Shown piece by piece: positions 31,759-46,023 of a DNA stretch of 64,000 nt. The notes below the pieces were generated by a model. It ran no database searches. It had not been told where the DNA came from and was given only the letters and a program-made list of their open reading frames with translations. Source of the stretch: Cycas panzhihuaensis (taxonomy: Eukaryota > Plantae > Cycadophyta). The first letter of the stretch is position 1, and each line of letters begins with the position of its first letter. Where the stretch lies: positions 51,529,741 through 51,593,740 of the forward strand of contig CM041465.1 in NCBI GenBank assembly GCA_023213395.1, given 5' to 3'. The translations under genes were made by a program, and so were the position numbers.

Positions 31759-34700
31759 CAAAGTTAAAGATAAATTTAATCAAATCTAAATCTTCTCTTA
31801 AATCCATGAGAGGTGATTTGCACTAGTTGATGGTCATATGGAGAACCCTCTGTGATCAAGGGCTTATTAGCATAAAGGGAAGACTTCAAATTCCTTATGC
31901 TCTCTTTAATAGTTTTTGTAAATTCAAAAATCTTATTTGATATTGAATAGCTATTTTAAATCTACTAGCCCCTTAGTCGCCTAGCTAGTGGTCATATACA
32001 TTTATTCTGTGATTGGGGGCTTAAGCCTATTCCACTTCAGTTTTCTATCCATAAAGAGTACCTGGTACTATTTTAGCCGTAACTTCTCAATGAGATGTTA
32101 GATTTAAACACTGTCTAAACCGTTAGAATTTTGGTTCAGAGGCCTATAGTTTAAACCAGATTTTATTTAGTTTTGAGTAATTTTCTAAGGGTTTCTTAGT
32201 AGTTAAAGTTGACACTTATGTTTAGGCTACTATAAGTCTTATTTTCACAAATTGAAGGCTTTTTTTTTATTTTGCAAAGAATATATCTACTAAATGTTGG
32301 TTATATATATCTTATATACTATCCTATCTTATTTTTATTTAACAAGTATTTGTGCTTTGTGGTTGGAAGTGTTCTTCTTGTATGAAGGAGGTTGATCTTC
32401 ACTTGAAGCAAAGTTTATTAAAAGAGCATCTTAAACCCTCTTATTTCTTTTAAGTTATTATTATTTTTTAGTTTCTTTACTTTTATTTTATAAAAAGAAC
32501 TCTCTTTATAAATAATATCACATTTTAAAATTAATTTTAGCTCAAAACATTAAGAAAGATAACTCCTAATTTACAAGACAACTTTACCAGCCTTGTAAGG
32601 GGAATAGTTAGGATCCTTGAAGTTACCATTCCACACATGTTATTAGTTCTTCTTGAATTATGTGGATATTAGAGAAAACCATTGGCTATAAGGTGTATTA
32701 AGTGGCAGGCTGAGGTATAAACCTTACCTTAGAGTTTGGAGACCAGGCTAGATCCAGAGGAGGTGAGTGCCTTGGTTAGTAGTTCTCAACTAGATCTATC
32801 ATTAGGCATAAGTCTGATGCAATAGACCAATAAGTCAGGGTGGTCTTTGACCTTTTTAATATCCCATGTACTAAGGTATATAAAGCTTAGAGCTCATATA
32901 CCAATATATAGAGCCCATAAATTTACCACTTGTAGGTAGGCACCACTAGATAGAATAATAATTGAGGGCTTCTTAGAGACCCCTAAATTTAACATTCTAG
33001 TTTAGTAGTCCTACTAGGTAGATAAGACATTAAAACAAAAATGGCACTCTAAAATAGTAACTCAAATGCTTTTGTCTAATAACATTAAACTAAGTAGTAT
33101 AAATAACTTTTTAGTTTGAAAGAAATAAGTTAAAAGTTTTCTTTTTATGAATGATTATTGGGCCTATGTCAATGGTGATATACCTCTACCCATACTTACT
33201 AAGGATCTAAATGATCCCACTATTAAAATTTTTCTAGATCCAATTGCCTTAGTTAATTTCAAAGCTAAGGAGAACATTGTCCTCTTATTCCTCCACTTAG
33301 TTGTAGAAGATTAAGTAGATCAAAATATTAAAACAACCAAAACCTCCCAAAAAGCTTGGGGCATTATTTGCACCCTTTATGAGAGGAAAGATAACTCTAG
33401 GTCATTAACTTTAAAGGCGTGCCTCTTTGGTATACCCTTTGTTGGAACCATCACAACCCATCTAACTAAAGTTAAAATAATTAGAAACTAACTTATCATC
33501 CTTGGTGAACCTCCCTCTGACCATGACCTTATGTTTAACATCCTCAACATCCTTCCTATAGAATATATCAATTTTGTATCTAGACTTCATAATACCTTTA
33601 CTAAAATAGACTTCAACACCTTTGAAGGACTCTTGCTTAGGGAAAAGAACATTCTCAATCACCAAGGAGTGGCATCAACTTTTGACTTTGCCTTTACATT
33701 TGTATTTAGGAATTCATGAATGAACAAGCCACCTTAATAACCAAGCTAGTAACTAAGTCATCGGTAAACCCTTTCTCATCAATTTGGCTCCTTAAATGTC
33801 TTACAACAGCTAAATAGCCAACATATCAACAACAACAGTCTTAATAGCCTTAATAACCACAATAATCTCAACCACCAAGGAATCAACAACGTAGATAAAT
33901 GTCACTTGCATATGTTATGAAAAAATGGGCACATTATTGTTGACTGTAAAAGGAGACTAGATGACTTTTAAATGTTTCAAAAATATGGGGGATAATCATA
34001 TGGACCCAACTTTTAATAAAGAGGCCCTTACTTTCAATAAGAAGGCCCTAGTTTTCCATAAGGAGGAGTAGCTTTTAATAACCAGGCTAATACTTCTAAT
34101 AAAATTGGAATCAAAGGTAGAACCAAAACCAATGTTAACTAAACAGGTAAAGGTTCTAACCAAAAAACCCAAGGAACAATCAAAATCCTAAAGAAGGAGG
34201 TAATATGGTTGATACTCAGGGCACCTCCCAAAACTTATTGTTTATAACTTTGTCATCCTAATATGATGGAAATTCTTAGTTACTAGATTCCAATGTCACA
34301 CGTCATATGACTAGCACCAAAGACTTACTGGAGGAGACTTATCTAATTTAAGCTCAAACTATCATATTTGGAGACAACCTCACTTATGATGTGACCAAAT
34401 TGGAAGGGATCCCATTGCATTAAAGGCTTTTAAAATTTGGCAGTATATAAATAATATCTTTCTAGTTCCAGACATGAAGATGAACTTGCTCTCTATTAGC
34501 CAAATTGAGAAGCAAAACTTAGATGTCCTTTTTAGTCAAGGCATATGCACAATCACAAACCATGCTATTGGAGAACTCATTGTAATAAGACATGAAGATA
34601 GTGGCCTATACAGACTTAACAAAGTCCCTCTCACTATTATTCTACCATAAAAATCATGTTCTGTGGCACATAATAATGACCTTAACAATGGGAAAGCAAT

Positions 34701-37700
34701 CATGGCTTAAGACCTACCCCTTAACCAAGATTAAGGTGAATGTTTATATTCTAAAGAGAAACCTTCCTCCAATAACACCAAGGACCAACTATAGCATCAA
34801 TGCTTAGGTTACTTAAATATGCAAAGCCTAAATCTCATGTCTAGGCTACATATGGTGTATGGACTACTAAGGATAAGGAGAAATAATTATATTTATGAGG
34901 TCTACTTAGTTGGCAAGTAATATAGAGAATAATTCCCATAAAAGAAAGCATGGAGAGCCTCAAAACCATTGGGTTTGGTCCACTTAGATATTTACCCATG
35001 TTAGTTCCTTCAATTAATAGGAACCTATTTTTCATGACCTTTATTGATGATTATTCTAGGAAAGTTTGAGTCTACTTCCTTAGAAATAAATTCTATGCCT
35101 TTGACAAGTTTAAAGAATTCAAAGCTGAGGTAGAAAATAAAAGTGACATGAACATTAATGTGTTAAGATCTAATAATATAGTAGAGTACATATCCAACCA
35201 ATTCATCAACTTTTGTAAATAATATAACATTAAACACCCATTCTTATCCCCTCATATACCTCAATAAAATAGTGTAGCAAAATAGATGAACCAAATATTG
35301 GCGAATAAAGCAAAAGCCATGTTGAGTGTTTCTAGTCTTGCTACTCAGTTTTGGGTTGAAGCCATATCAACTATTGTTTATCTAACCAACATATGTGTCA
35401 CTCTAGCAATTAGAAATATCACTCCTGAGGAGGTTTGGTCAGGCATCAAACTAATAGTTTCTTATTTAATGACATTCAGTTGTACAACCTACAAATTCAT
35501 CCCTAAGGAGAATAGGAAAAAACTAGATGATAAAAGGCTCAAGTGCATTTTTCTTGGCTATGTACTTAGATGTAAAGCCTACAAAATATATGACACTGTT
35601 GGAAACCAAGGATATACTGCTTATGATAATATTTATTGAAGATACTAAGGACTTAAATTCCTCATAAATTTAATTTATAGTAAAAATTAATGTTGGTACA
35701 CCTAAAGAGCCTCTTGTACCAATTTTTGAGCTACTAGCACCCACATCCTCCTATAAACTAGGTTCATCTTTGGTTCCAACAACCTCAACACTCACATCAG
35801 ATGTTAGCATATCAATGCCACATATATCAGTTGATAATCTTTAGGTGCATCAATATTTAACCACCTCCTCATTGGCTACAATAATTGCTAAAGGATGCCC
35901 CACTTTCTCCCACAACTCCCAAAAGAGAGTCTAAAATGAGACACTCTACCAACTATGCCTTAATGCCATGTGTCCTTGAGACCTTTGAGCCTTCCATATT
36001 TGAGAAGGCAGTTAAAGACCAAACATGGAAAGCAATAATAGATGAAGAGCCAAACTCTATCCTTAAGAATGACACATAGGAGCTACTAAAACTGCCACGT
36101 AGAAAGAAGTCAATTGACTGTTGATGGCTTTACAAGACCAAATTCTATATTGATGGCACCATCAAATATCACACAGCTCACCTAGTTGTAAGAGGTTTCA
36201 AACAGCAAGAGGGGATTGACTATGATGAGACCTTTGCACTTATTGCCAACATGAACACATTTTATTTGGTTATGTCTCTTATGGCTTAATTCAACTGGCC
36301 CATATGCCAAATGGATGTGAAGAGTGCTTTCATAAATAAAGAGCTTATTGAAGAGGTTTTCATGATGTAACCTCCCAACTATGCTATTCCTAGCAAATAA
36401 CACTTAGTCTGCATACTTAAGAAAGCCTTATATCGATTGAAGTAAGCATCGTATGCCTTATATGCTAAGATTTGATGATTTTTTTCACAAAGCATAGATT
36501 CACTTGTTCACCCTATGGTTTGAGATAACTTGATCACAATCATTGCGCTCTATGTGGATGACTTAGCAATAACTGATAATGATAGTGAAGGTATAACTTG
36601 GTTAAAACTGAATTGAAAAGAAGCTTAGAGATGACATATCTTGGGTTACTACACTATTTTCTTAGCATTTAAGTGTGGTAGGAACTAAGACACATATTCC
36701 TATCATAATCCAAGTACTTCAATGAACTTTTACAGTGGTTCAGAATGATTGACTACAAGCCTGCACTAATTCTAATGAAAATAGAAACCAAACTCAACTT
36801 GGACGAACAAGGAAAGCCTTTTGATCCTACGTTATACTGGTAGTTGGTTAGGAGCCTCAACTACCTCACTCACACTCACCTGGATATTTCTTATATAGTT
36901 AAAATTTATTTTAGGTACATGTTGTAGCCCAAAGCATCCCATTAGAAAGCTGCTACCAGAATCTTTAAGTATATCTATTGCACACATCGGTTTAGACTTG
37001 ACTACAACTAAATTGAATCTCCTATCTTGAAAGGATACATAGATGCTAATTCGGCAGGTTACTAAGACATACACCATTCAATATCAGGATACTGTTTTGA
37101 CATGGACTTAGTTGTAATCTCTTGGAGCTATAAGAAACAACTTAATGTTGCTCTCCCCTCCATCGAAGTAAAATATAAAGTAGTTGTCCATGACACTACA
37201 TAGTTGATTTAGTTATGTAGGATTCTTGTTGAGCTTGGGCTTCAAAAAATTTCTACTACTACTCTCTTTTATGACAACCAAAGTGTGTTGAAAATGACAA
37301 AGAATCTTGTTTTCCATACTCAAACCAAGCACATATAGGTCTATCATCACTTCATCTATGAGTATATTCAAAATAGATAAGTTAACCTTATATACTGACT
37401 AAATGAGGACCTAGTTACAGATATCTTCACTAAAGCACTTGGCAAACCAAAGTTTGAAAGGTTTTGGAATAACCTCGACATCAAATCCAATAAAGTTGTC
37501 ACTAAGGGAGGATGTTAAAACATTTAAAAACCCCTCATTATATTTTATTTTACATGTAAGTGTACTTCTTGTATCATAGGATGAGATCCCCTTTGTAAAT
37601 TAAAATGTAATTTATAGTTTGGTTGGGTTTGCCCACTTGCTACTAAGTTAACCAATCATATTGTTTGTATTTGGATTTGTATGCTTATAAATTAAGCATG

Positions 37701-40700
37701 ATCCCTTCATTTGTACATTGGTCTTTTGACATATACAAAAGATCTACTCAAATTTAAATGCATGGTGTAACCGATTTACCCATAGCACATTCCTAAAATC
37801 AATTTACTCTATTGTTTTATGTTAATTTTAGTTTTTGCTTTTGATTTATTTGAATGTACATGTTATATGATCTTATTGATAAATTTTGCAAAATCATATA
37901 AAAATCTTCATTTTACTTTCCTTTGGCAGTTTGTTTTAGTTTGGTATTTTTTTGATGCAAAGCCCTTACATGTTAGAATACTCAATGTATGTTTAAAAAC
38001 TCTTTATATATTTGGAAACTTTGTGTATGTATATAAACTTTCCTTAAAAAAAAAAAATTACAGAGAAATAAATAATGCTCTAGTTTTAAAATGATTTTTC
38101 ATCTTAAGTTGCATTATTTTTTCATCCTCATGAACTTTTATTTCATGTTATGTCATTTCATAAATCTCCAAATTCTTCAACTTTTCAAATATTCATGAAG
38201 TTGCAAACTTACTCCCCTCATGAACTTAATAAATTTCCTTCATGAATTTGTACTTTACAGAGTGTCAAATTTTTTATTTTATGATCTTTTAAGAATTTCT
38301 CATTCCTTGCATTTCATAATATGTGCCAACTTCACAAAGTCTTCACATTGCTCATTTCATGCTTTACTCTTCACAAACCTCACAAACTCAACTTCATGCT
38401 ATCTCGATGGTGATCTTACAAAGCACAAAATGCAAAATTAAATGTCCTAACATTTTTCTTCAAATTTGTCAATTATCCTTTCATAGTTTATCACATTATT
38501 GTATCTCACCTTTGTGGGGAATTTACTCACCTGGTCTTTTCCCTTTAAGCATTTTACTATACAACCAAAATTTCTTGACCTGAAATTTCCTCTATTAGAT
38601 CATATCTTTTCCATCTCTTCTTTCCCTTTTGGTTTTGGAATCCATGCAATAACTTTTTAAATAGCCTCGCTAAAAAGTAATGCCAAACATCATATGAAAA
38701 TATTCATTTTACTTTCTTTTAGCAATTTGTTTTAATTTGCTATTTTTTTGATGCAAAGCCCATACATATTAGAATGCTCAATGTATGTTCGAAAACTTTG
38801 TATATGTTTGGAAACTTACTTCAAAACATTTGCTATTTGCAAAGAAATAAATAATGCTCTATTTTCTGAACAAAATTTCATCTTCTCAAACCATAAGATT
38901 TTTGCATCCTCATGAACTTCTACTTTGTGTTATGCCATCTCACAAATCTTTAAATTCTTCAACTTTTCAAATATTCATGAGGTTGCAAATTTACTCCCGT
39001 CATGAGCTTCACAAATTTTCTTCATGGATTTACACTTTATAGAATACCAATTTGTTATTTTCTAATCTTTTTCTTTTATGAAATTTTCATTCTTTGCATT
39101 TCACGAATTGTGCCAAGTTCATAAAGTCTTTGTATTACTCATTTCATGCTTTGCCCTTTATGTGAACTCAACTTCTTTTTATCTCAATGGTGATCTTAAC
39201 AAAGCATAAAATGCAAAATAAACTCTCCTTGCATTTTTCTTTAGATTTGTCAATCATCCTTTTGTAATTTATCACATTACAATGTCTCACCTCTATAAGG
39301 AATTTACTCACCCAGCTTTCGTCCTTTGAGTATTTTACTATATTGCTAAAATTTTTGAGCTCTAAATCTCCTCGACTAGATTATATCTTTGCCCTGTCTT
39401 CTTCTCCTTCCTTTTTTGAAAATCCATGCAATAAACTTTTAAATAGTCTCACTAAAAAGCAATACTAAATCTTCATTTTATGTTCCTTTAGCAATTTGTT
39501 TTAGTTAGTTTTTTTTCTTTTTTTTGATGTAAAGCCCTTACATGTGAGAATATTCAATGCATGTTTGAAAACTCTATACTTGTTTGGAAACTTTGTGTAT
39601 GTATGTAGAATTTCCTTTAAAAAAATTACAATTTGTAGAGAAATAAATAAAGCTCAGCTTTTTGAATGATTTCTCATCTTCTAGAACTACAAGATTTTTG
39701 CATCCTCATGAACTTGTACTTTGTGTTATGCCATTTCATGAATCTCCAAATTCTTCAACTTTTCAAATATTTGTGAAGTTGTAAATTTACCCCCATCATG
39801 AACTTCATAAATTGCCTTCATGTATTTGTACTCATTCTTTGCATTTCACAAACTGTGCTAACTTCATAAAGTCTTCACATTGTTCATTTCATTCTTTGCT
39901 TTTCATGAATCTCATGCACTCATCTTCTTACTATCACAATGGTGATCTTACAAAGCATAGGATGTGAAATCAGCTCTCCTTACATTTTCTTTAGATTTGC
40001 CAATTGTCCTTTGGCAATTTATCACATTATTGTGTCTCATCTCTTTGAGGAATTTACTTACTTGATCTTTACCGTCTAAGAATTTTACCATACTGCTAAA
40101 ACTCATGGCTCTAAATCTCCACTACTAGATCATACCTTTTCCCTCTCTTCTTCCCCTTCTATTTTGAAAATCCATTCAATAAACTTTTAAATAGTCTCGC
40201 TAAAAAACAACACCAAAAATCACACAAAATTCTTTATTTTACTTTCCTTTGGCAATTTTGTTTTAGTTTTGTAATGTTTTTGATGTAAAACCCTTACATG
40301 TTAGAATACTCAATGTATGATTGAAAACTATATACATGTTTGAAAACTTTGTGTATGCATGCAAACTTTCCTTTAAAAAATTCACTATTTCTAGAGAAAT
40401 AAACAATGCTATATTTTTTGAATGTTTTCTCATGTTCTCAAATTGCATGATTTTTGCATCTTCATGAGCTTTTACTTTGTGTTATGTCGTTTCACAAATC
40501 TCCAAATTCTTCAACTTTTTAAATATTTGTAAAGTGGCAAATTTACTCCCTCATGAACTTCACAAATTACCTTAATAGATTTGCAGTTTAATGAATGCCA
40601 ATTCTTTTATTTTTTTGATCTTTTATGAATTTCTTATTCTTTGCATTTCGTGAACTATGCTGACTTTACAAAGTCTTCATATTGTTCATTTCATGCTTTA

Positions 40701-40780
40701 CTTTTCACAAATCTTGTGAACTCAACTTCTTGCTATCTCGATGGTGATCTCACAAAGTATATAATATAAAATTAACTCTC
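30412..40780. repeat. Tandem array of four ~750-800-bp units; first unit split by element E
   Basis: Marker catttttct(t)tagatttg.caat recurs at ~30412, 38453, 39233 and 39983. The first unit is 30412-30653 plus 37896-38452. Confidence 0.9.
30654..37890 (+). mobile_element. Full-length degenerate Ty1/copia element E
   Basis: LTRs 30654-31032 and 37513-37890. Perfect TSD AAATC. PBS TGGTGTTAGAGC at 31033-31044 and PPT aagggagga at 37504-37512. gag-pol ~33041-37495 includes LYVDDL and RKKLDDK..KCIFLGY. Confidence 0.95.
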
Positions 40781-40792
40781 ATTCTTTGTGTA

Positions 40793-41146
40793 TGTTGGAG
40801 TATCTTGATTCTCGACAAGAGTACCTAACCCATCCCCTTAGCATCGTGTGTATATCAACTTGGAATTAATCTTGGGCATGCAAGTGGGTTGTGTCAAGAC
40901 CAATTCTACCTAGGTCTTTTGGTGTTATGATAAACTCCTGCATGGTATCAAAGTGATGCTAGGGTTCAGGTCACCTTGAGTTTAGTTTGGAGGTGGGTGT
41001 TGGAGTATCTTGATTCTTTGCAGGTGTATTCAACTTGTCCTCTTGGCTTTGTAGGTGTATTGACCTGGGGTTAATTTTGGACATGTTAGTGGGTTCTGTC
41101 AAGACCAATTCCACCCAGGTTTTTTGGCACTATGGCAACTCCTACA
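40793..41146 (+). mobile_element. TRIM (terminal-repeat retrotransposon in miniature), 354 bp
   Basis: LTRs 40793-40942 and 40998-41146 (TG...CA). PBS TGGTATCAAAGT at 40943 and PPT ggaggtggg at 40989-40997. TSD GTGTA/GTATA. Confidence 0.93.
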
Positions 41147-41917
41147 GTATACTTTGAATTTTTGGCATTTCATGAAGTCATGTAGGTGAATTTTATTTCT
41201 TTGTGGACTTAGAATTTTCTGAGCTCTATAGTTGTTTAATAGACCAAAACATAACATGTTTGGTCTAATAATCCACCAATATAAATTTATATATAAGATC
41301 ACCATATATATTGAGATGGGATTATTCATTAATTATTGCCTCACCATATATATTGGGATGGGATTATTTGTTGATTATTGCCTTTGCAAACTATATAAAA
41401 GTTAAATTTCTTAAACTTGTATTTTCTCAACCACTTAACCAAAATTAGTGGTCTTGAGTAAGGCAAAATCTATTCAACCATACTAATTCCCAAATTTATA
41501 ATCATGCCCATAGTATCAGGTTTTTACTACAAACCTATGAGCTTATGAACTCCAAAACAATGGTTTTAGAGTTTCTTGCTCTATTTTAATGATTAGAAAT
41601 TATAGGAGGAACATCATGAAACAGGTTAATGTCACAAGGTCATTACATTAGTTGATTATTTCTAAAAATGGTTTTAAGTAAATTTTAAATTAGATCACTT
41701 AAGTGAAATGCACTTTCATATGCATTATATATAATTTCATTTCACCTAATTTTAATGCTCCATCTCTCAATATAAAAGTAAAAACTCGATGGAGGAAGCT
41801 CATTCTTATCTCCCCATTTTGTGAGAGCTACTCTCTCTCTCAAGTCTCTCTTGCTCCTATGTTTGCCTTTCTGTTTAGTGCATGGAGATGAAGGATAGAT
41901 CCACTCTTTTCACATCA

Positions 41918-43053
41918 TTATCCCCTTATTTTTGAAAAAGTTAACCCTTCAAGATCGAGTGATTCCTTACTAAACTTCAACAACTTAAATTCAAAGATAC
42001 AAGAATTATAGGTACTTAATAATCTTCACCACTTCACTAAGTATAACTTGTGGCTTCCAAATCTAGTATAAGTAACTTTTGTATCTATAATATACTCAAT
42101 CTCTTCTTATATTCTTCTTTGAAATTGACTTGGACTCTTTATCTTGTGAGTCTTCTTTCTACACTTCCTTATCATCACTGCGATAACAATTATATAAATA
42201 AGCTACATTGAAGTTTGGATTAATATCAAATTGCTCTAGTAGATCAATAAGATACATATTATCATTCAACTTCTTTAACACTTTATATGGTCCTACCTTT
42301 CTTGGATTCAACTATTTATAAGTGCCATAAGGAATAATGTTCCTTCCATAGGTAAACCATCACTCCCTCTCCAGGCTTATAAACCAACTCCCTTCTATGC
42401 ACATTAGCATCTTATTTGTACTTCACATTTGACCCCTTAAGATTTTCCTTAACTCCTTGTTGGACTTCATAAATGCACTTCATAAAGCCTTTTACACTTA
42501 CTTTCCTTTCATATCCTTTGATAATGAAATGAGATCTACAACTATACAAGGATTTCTTCCATATACGATTTGGAAGGTTGTCTTACTAGTGGATATATTC
42601 ACATTACAATTAAATGCAAACTCTCCCTAAGATAAAAGCGTATCCCACTGTTAAGGATAATTGGCAACTAGATTTAGAAATAAATTATTCAAACTTCAAT
42701 TTACTATCATTGTCTAGTTATTAGTTTGAGAGTGATGTGTTAAACTAAATTGTAGTTTATTACAAAATTTTCTCTATAATATTTGCCATAAATGACTTAT
42801 GAACTATGTCACAATCACTAGTGATTGCCTTTGGGATTCCATACAACCTCATAATCTCTTTGAAAATATTATTTGCAATTATACTCATATCATTTGTCTT
42901 TTTACATGGAATAAAGTGTGCCATCTTTGAGAGCCTATCTATTGCCACAGAGATTAAATCATAACCTCTCTAGTTAGTTGGCAAATCTAACATAAAGTCC
43001 ATTAAAATATCTTCATATTATCTTTTAGGTATAAGTAACGATTAGTATAACCC
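41918..43053 (-). mobile_element. Ty3/gypsy CRM-like element K: integrase and PPT (3' LTR begins TGATG at 41917 and runs left)
   Basis: Motifs GLY..L.IP...EDI.MDF, IDRLSKMAHFIPCKKTND...FKEIMRLYGIPKAITSD and [16 protein letters not shown]. Purine tract aaaaataaggggataa is followed by TGATGTG. Confidence 0.8.
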
Positions 43054-44198
43054 CGTAATTAATTATTCTCCTTACAATAAAATTCATTCCAATAATTGCC
43101 AAATCTCCCAAGAAGGCTAAATTTCCATAAAAAAGTTTACACAAGCACAAGATCTCCTTTTATACAATATCTCAATGCTTAAAAGTGTCTCTTATAAGAG
43201 TAGAGTAGAGTATATATATATATATATAAAGGTTGCTAAGGTTGCTTATCCCTCTTGATTCATGCATGTGGGATAAATACAATAAGAGACTAGTAAAAAG
43301 AAGAAGAAGGAGGAGAAGAAGAAGAAGATGCATTGAAGAAAAAAGAGGAAGAAGATAGATATATTGAAAGGGGGTTGAATACATAACAAGTTTCCTTTAT
43401 TTAAAAAGCTTTGCCTTCAAAGCTTAATTAATTCTGGATATTCTTGGATAATTTGTTCACCTTCCCATATTGAATATGTTAATAATGTACACACTTAATA
43501 TATATAAAAAACAAAATGAACCAGACTTAAACTTGTACTTTCTATTGATATATTCAAAAGTAAGTATGTACATATAGTTTTTGCATTAATTTGTTACGAA
43601 AATAAGAATATGAAGGGTTAATCATGCAAGGTGACACATGGCACGTTCTATGATCACCTCATAAAGATGTTATAAAAAGTGGATAAATAAATTACTTCAC
43701 ACACATAGAAGTCACAACATTAAGTTGTGACTAACCCCTAAACAATGACAATATGGCCTTCAACTTAAAACATTAAATATCTGACCTAAAATTAAACATT
43801 ATCTTTTAATACCCCCCAATAATATTTAATTTTTATAATAAAAAAATGTATCAAATAAAATAATGCTGGCGTCTATATAAAGATATCACTATCCACCAGA
43901 TCACATGGGAGACTAGCCACTGTGTCCATCAGTTGTCTAGGTAACGTCTTCACATATGTGGTTCATTAGCACAGAGTAGATCTCAATCTGACATGTATCT
44001 TGGGAGCAAACTAAACTATTTGACCAGATGGATACTGTAAAGTTGGATGTTCTATCAAACATAAATATCATCTATACTATTACATGCCAAGAAAATGTAA
44101 ATGATGCTACAAATTTAATACATCTTTAAGTGAAGGAAGTGGCATTCATGTCATCTTCCAAAAAAAAAAAAAAAAAACTATTACTAATAGTGATAAGA

Positions 44199-44340
44199 AG
44201 GATAAATTTGTTGTGCCTCCAAATTTAATAAGCATCATAATAAAATGCTACAAGGAGGGTAAATTTATTGTGCTTTCAAACTTAATAAACATCATGATAA
44301 AATGCTATAAGGAGAACAAATTTGTTGTGCTTCCAAACCA
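44199..44340. repeat. ~57-bp tandem repeat, about 2.5 copies
   Basis: aaatttgttgtgc(c/t)tccaaa.ttaataa.catcat.ataaaatgcta.aagga is repeated. Confidence 0.85.
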
Positions 44341-44840
44341 AAAAACATAACATTTACATATGTCATAAGTTAAAATAAAATGCAGCACAAGAAATACATC
44401 TACAAAATTACAAATTAGTCAAACATAATTATTGTAATAGTAACAATAACTATAATTTGTTACATAAATAATATAAGAAATGTAGGGTCTTGATGTAGCT
44501 ATTTAAAAAGCATAAAAATTTAAAATGTTGTAATAGAAACTGCTCTTGACTAGGCACTATTGATGCCTTTAAAGTGATGCAACTAGATTAAATATAAGTG
44601 TATGAAAATCAATAAATGCATGAGACCAACTATATTAAAAAACCATTTGATAGCCCCAATTTTTAATTTGTAGTGAGTTTTACTAAACATTAAACAACAA
44701 CTGTGAAAGATAAGATTAAAACTAAAATATGGAGTCTTTTTCACTTGCATCTTGCAAAAATACAAAGCCTACTACTCTTACCAAGCTTTGGATCAGAAGG
44801 TACCATTTTCATTAAAGATGCATTGATTTTGATAGATTTA

Positions 44841-44934
44841 ACCATACTCATTTTTTTGTATTTCCTACAATTATTACAATCCAAGATACTAAATTTCATT
44901 TAGACAATTCATCAAACACATTATGTGCAACCAT
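44841..44934 (-). pseudogene. PLS-class PPR gene fragment (cargo of G)
   Basis: Reads MVAHNVFDELSK*NLVSWIVIIVG.TK(N)EYG, matching the A..VFDEM..RN.VSW..I.GY..NG PPR consensus. Confidence 0.75.
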
Positions 44935-45249
44935 CCTTTTCTACCTCAAAAGGACAACTACGTGCAAAGAAGTTGTTATTGAACTTTCAAACGAAAGTAT
45001 TTGGTTTCACTTTTGCATATGGTGGAATATATGGAGATATAATCACAAAAGCCATAAATAATGTGAATAAGAGAGGGAACTATTAAAGAATTGATGACAT
45101 TTTTCAAGACCATATATTAGCTTGTGTCTCTTGTAGACATTTCGCACCATTTTGCCCTATCAATATTTTGCTTCCTAGGCTAAAGCACTTTCCTAGCACT
45201 CCGTGCTCAAAAACAGTTTATTCTAATAGCCTTCAATAGCCTTCAGAAA

Positions 45250-45443
45250 TCCCTGCTCTAGGACTTAGTGGCTGGAGCACGCACTGAGGACGCTGGTGAA
45301 TATGGCATTGTCTGACTTCATAACTGCACACCGCATCTCGAGTGCATCTTGTATACTTTTGCAGTTGGCATACATGTTGACAAGAACATCCATACAGAAA
45401 CATTTGGCTTAAATATACTTTTGAAAATGAATGCATGTACTTA
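45250..45443 (-). pseudogene. PLS-class PPR gene fragment(s) (cargo of G)
   Basis: Reads *VHAFIFKSIFKPNVSVW/VLVNMYANCKSIQDALEMRCAVMKSDNAIFTSVLSACSSH*VLEQG, containing the L..MYAKCG...DA and TF.SVLSAC motifs joined by an internal deletion. Confidence 0.85.
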
Positions 45444-45510
45444 CAGTGTCTTGCCATTATTCACAAACATTCTCTGGGAGAGTACATGAGAGCTGGATTC
45501 CATAGAGCCA

Positions 45511-45570
45511 ATCCGAGGGATTTAAATTATAAAAAATGTAGGCTAGACATTCATCTGGAATTTCAGTGTC
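45511..45570 (-). pseudogene. F-box motif fragment (VFB/SKIP2-like; cargo of G)
   Basis: [20 protein letters not shown] matches LPDECLA.IF..L...D. It is only ~20 codons long. Confidence 0.65.
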
Positions 45571-45576
45571 CACTTT

Positions 45577-46023
45577 GATAGGGGCCCAAGGTTGTGCAGC
45601 AATTTCGCATTGACTCGACCAGGAACAATCTTGTTTTCTTCTTTCCACTTCAGATAATCAACACGGCTATATTTTGTAAATCCCCATTTTCTGCTGACAA
45701 TAATTTTCTGCCTACCAAGGAACTTGAACTTAGCCTGACACAATGCGCCTGGCCATGATGCCCATTCATATCCTTACAACATAACTTGTCCTATCATCAC
45801 TCTTGCACAGGTTCCTTGAGGCATTCCAAAAAACACCCCTAATCCTTGTTTGTAGCCTGTCAGGTCCAGCATAGGATAGCATTTTGTTAATGTGGAGTAC
45901 ATGGAAGGGATGGACCCTCACCCAGAGGTGAAATGCATCTTCTCCCGCATACTCGGTCATATAATTGTTACAGACAATTCTTGCGGCCTCCAGTGCTTCA
46001 CTCGATACATTTTCCTTTTCTCA
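45577..46023 (-). pseudogene. RPL10: 60S ribosomal protein L10 (uL16) retrocopy fragment, 5'-truncated and frameshifted (cargo of G)
   Basis: Reads [58 protein letters not shown]...[12 protein letters not shown]...[52 protein letters not shown], with no intron. Confidence 0.96.

Noticed and set aside
40793-41146. TRIM as a Cassandra element
   Set aside because: No 5S rRNA A/C-box similarity is visible in the LTRs.
44160-44177. A-run as the poly(A) tail of the retrocopy chain
   Set aside because: It is on the wrong strand: it reads as poly-T relative to the minus-strand cargo.
37891-44340. Tandem repeats as a CRISPR-like array or coding repeat
   Set aside because: Units are contiguous with no unique spacers, and no frame is conserved between units.
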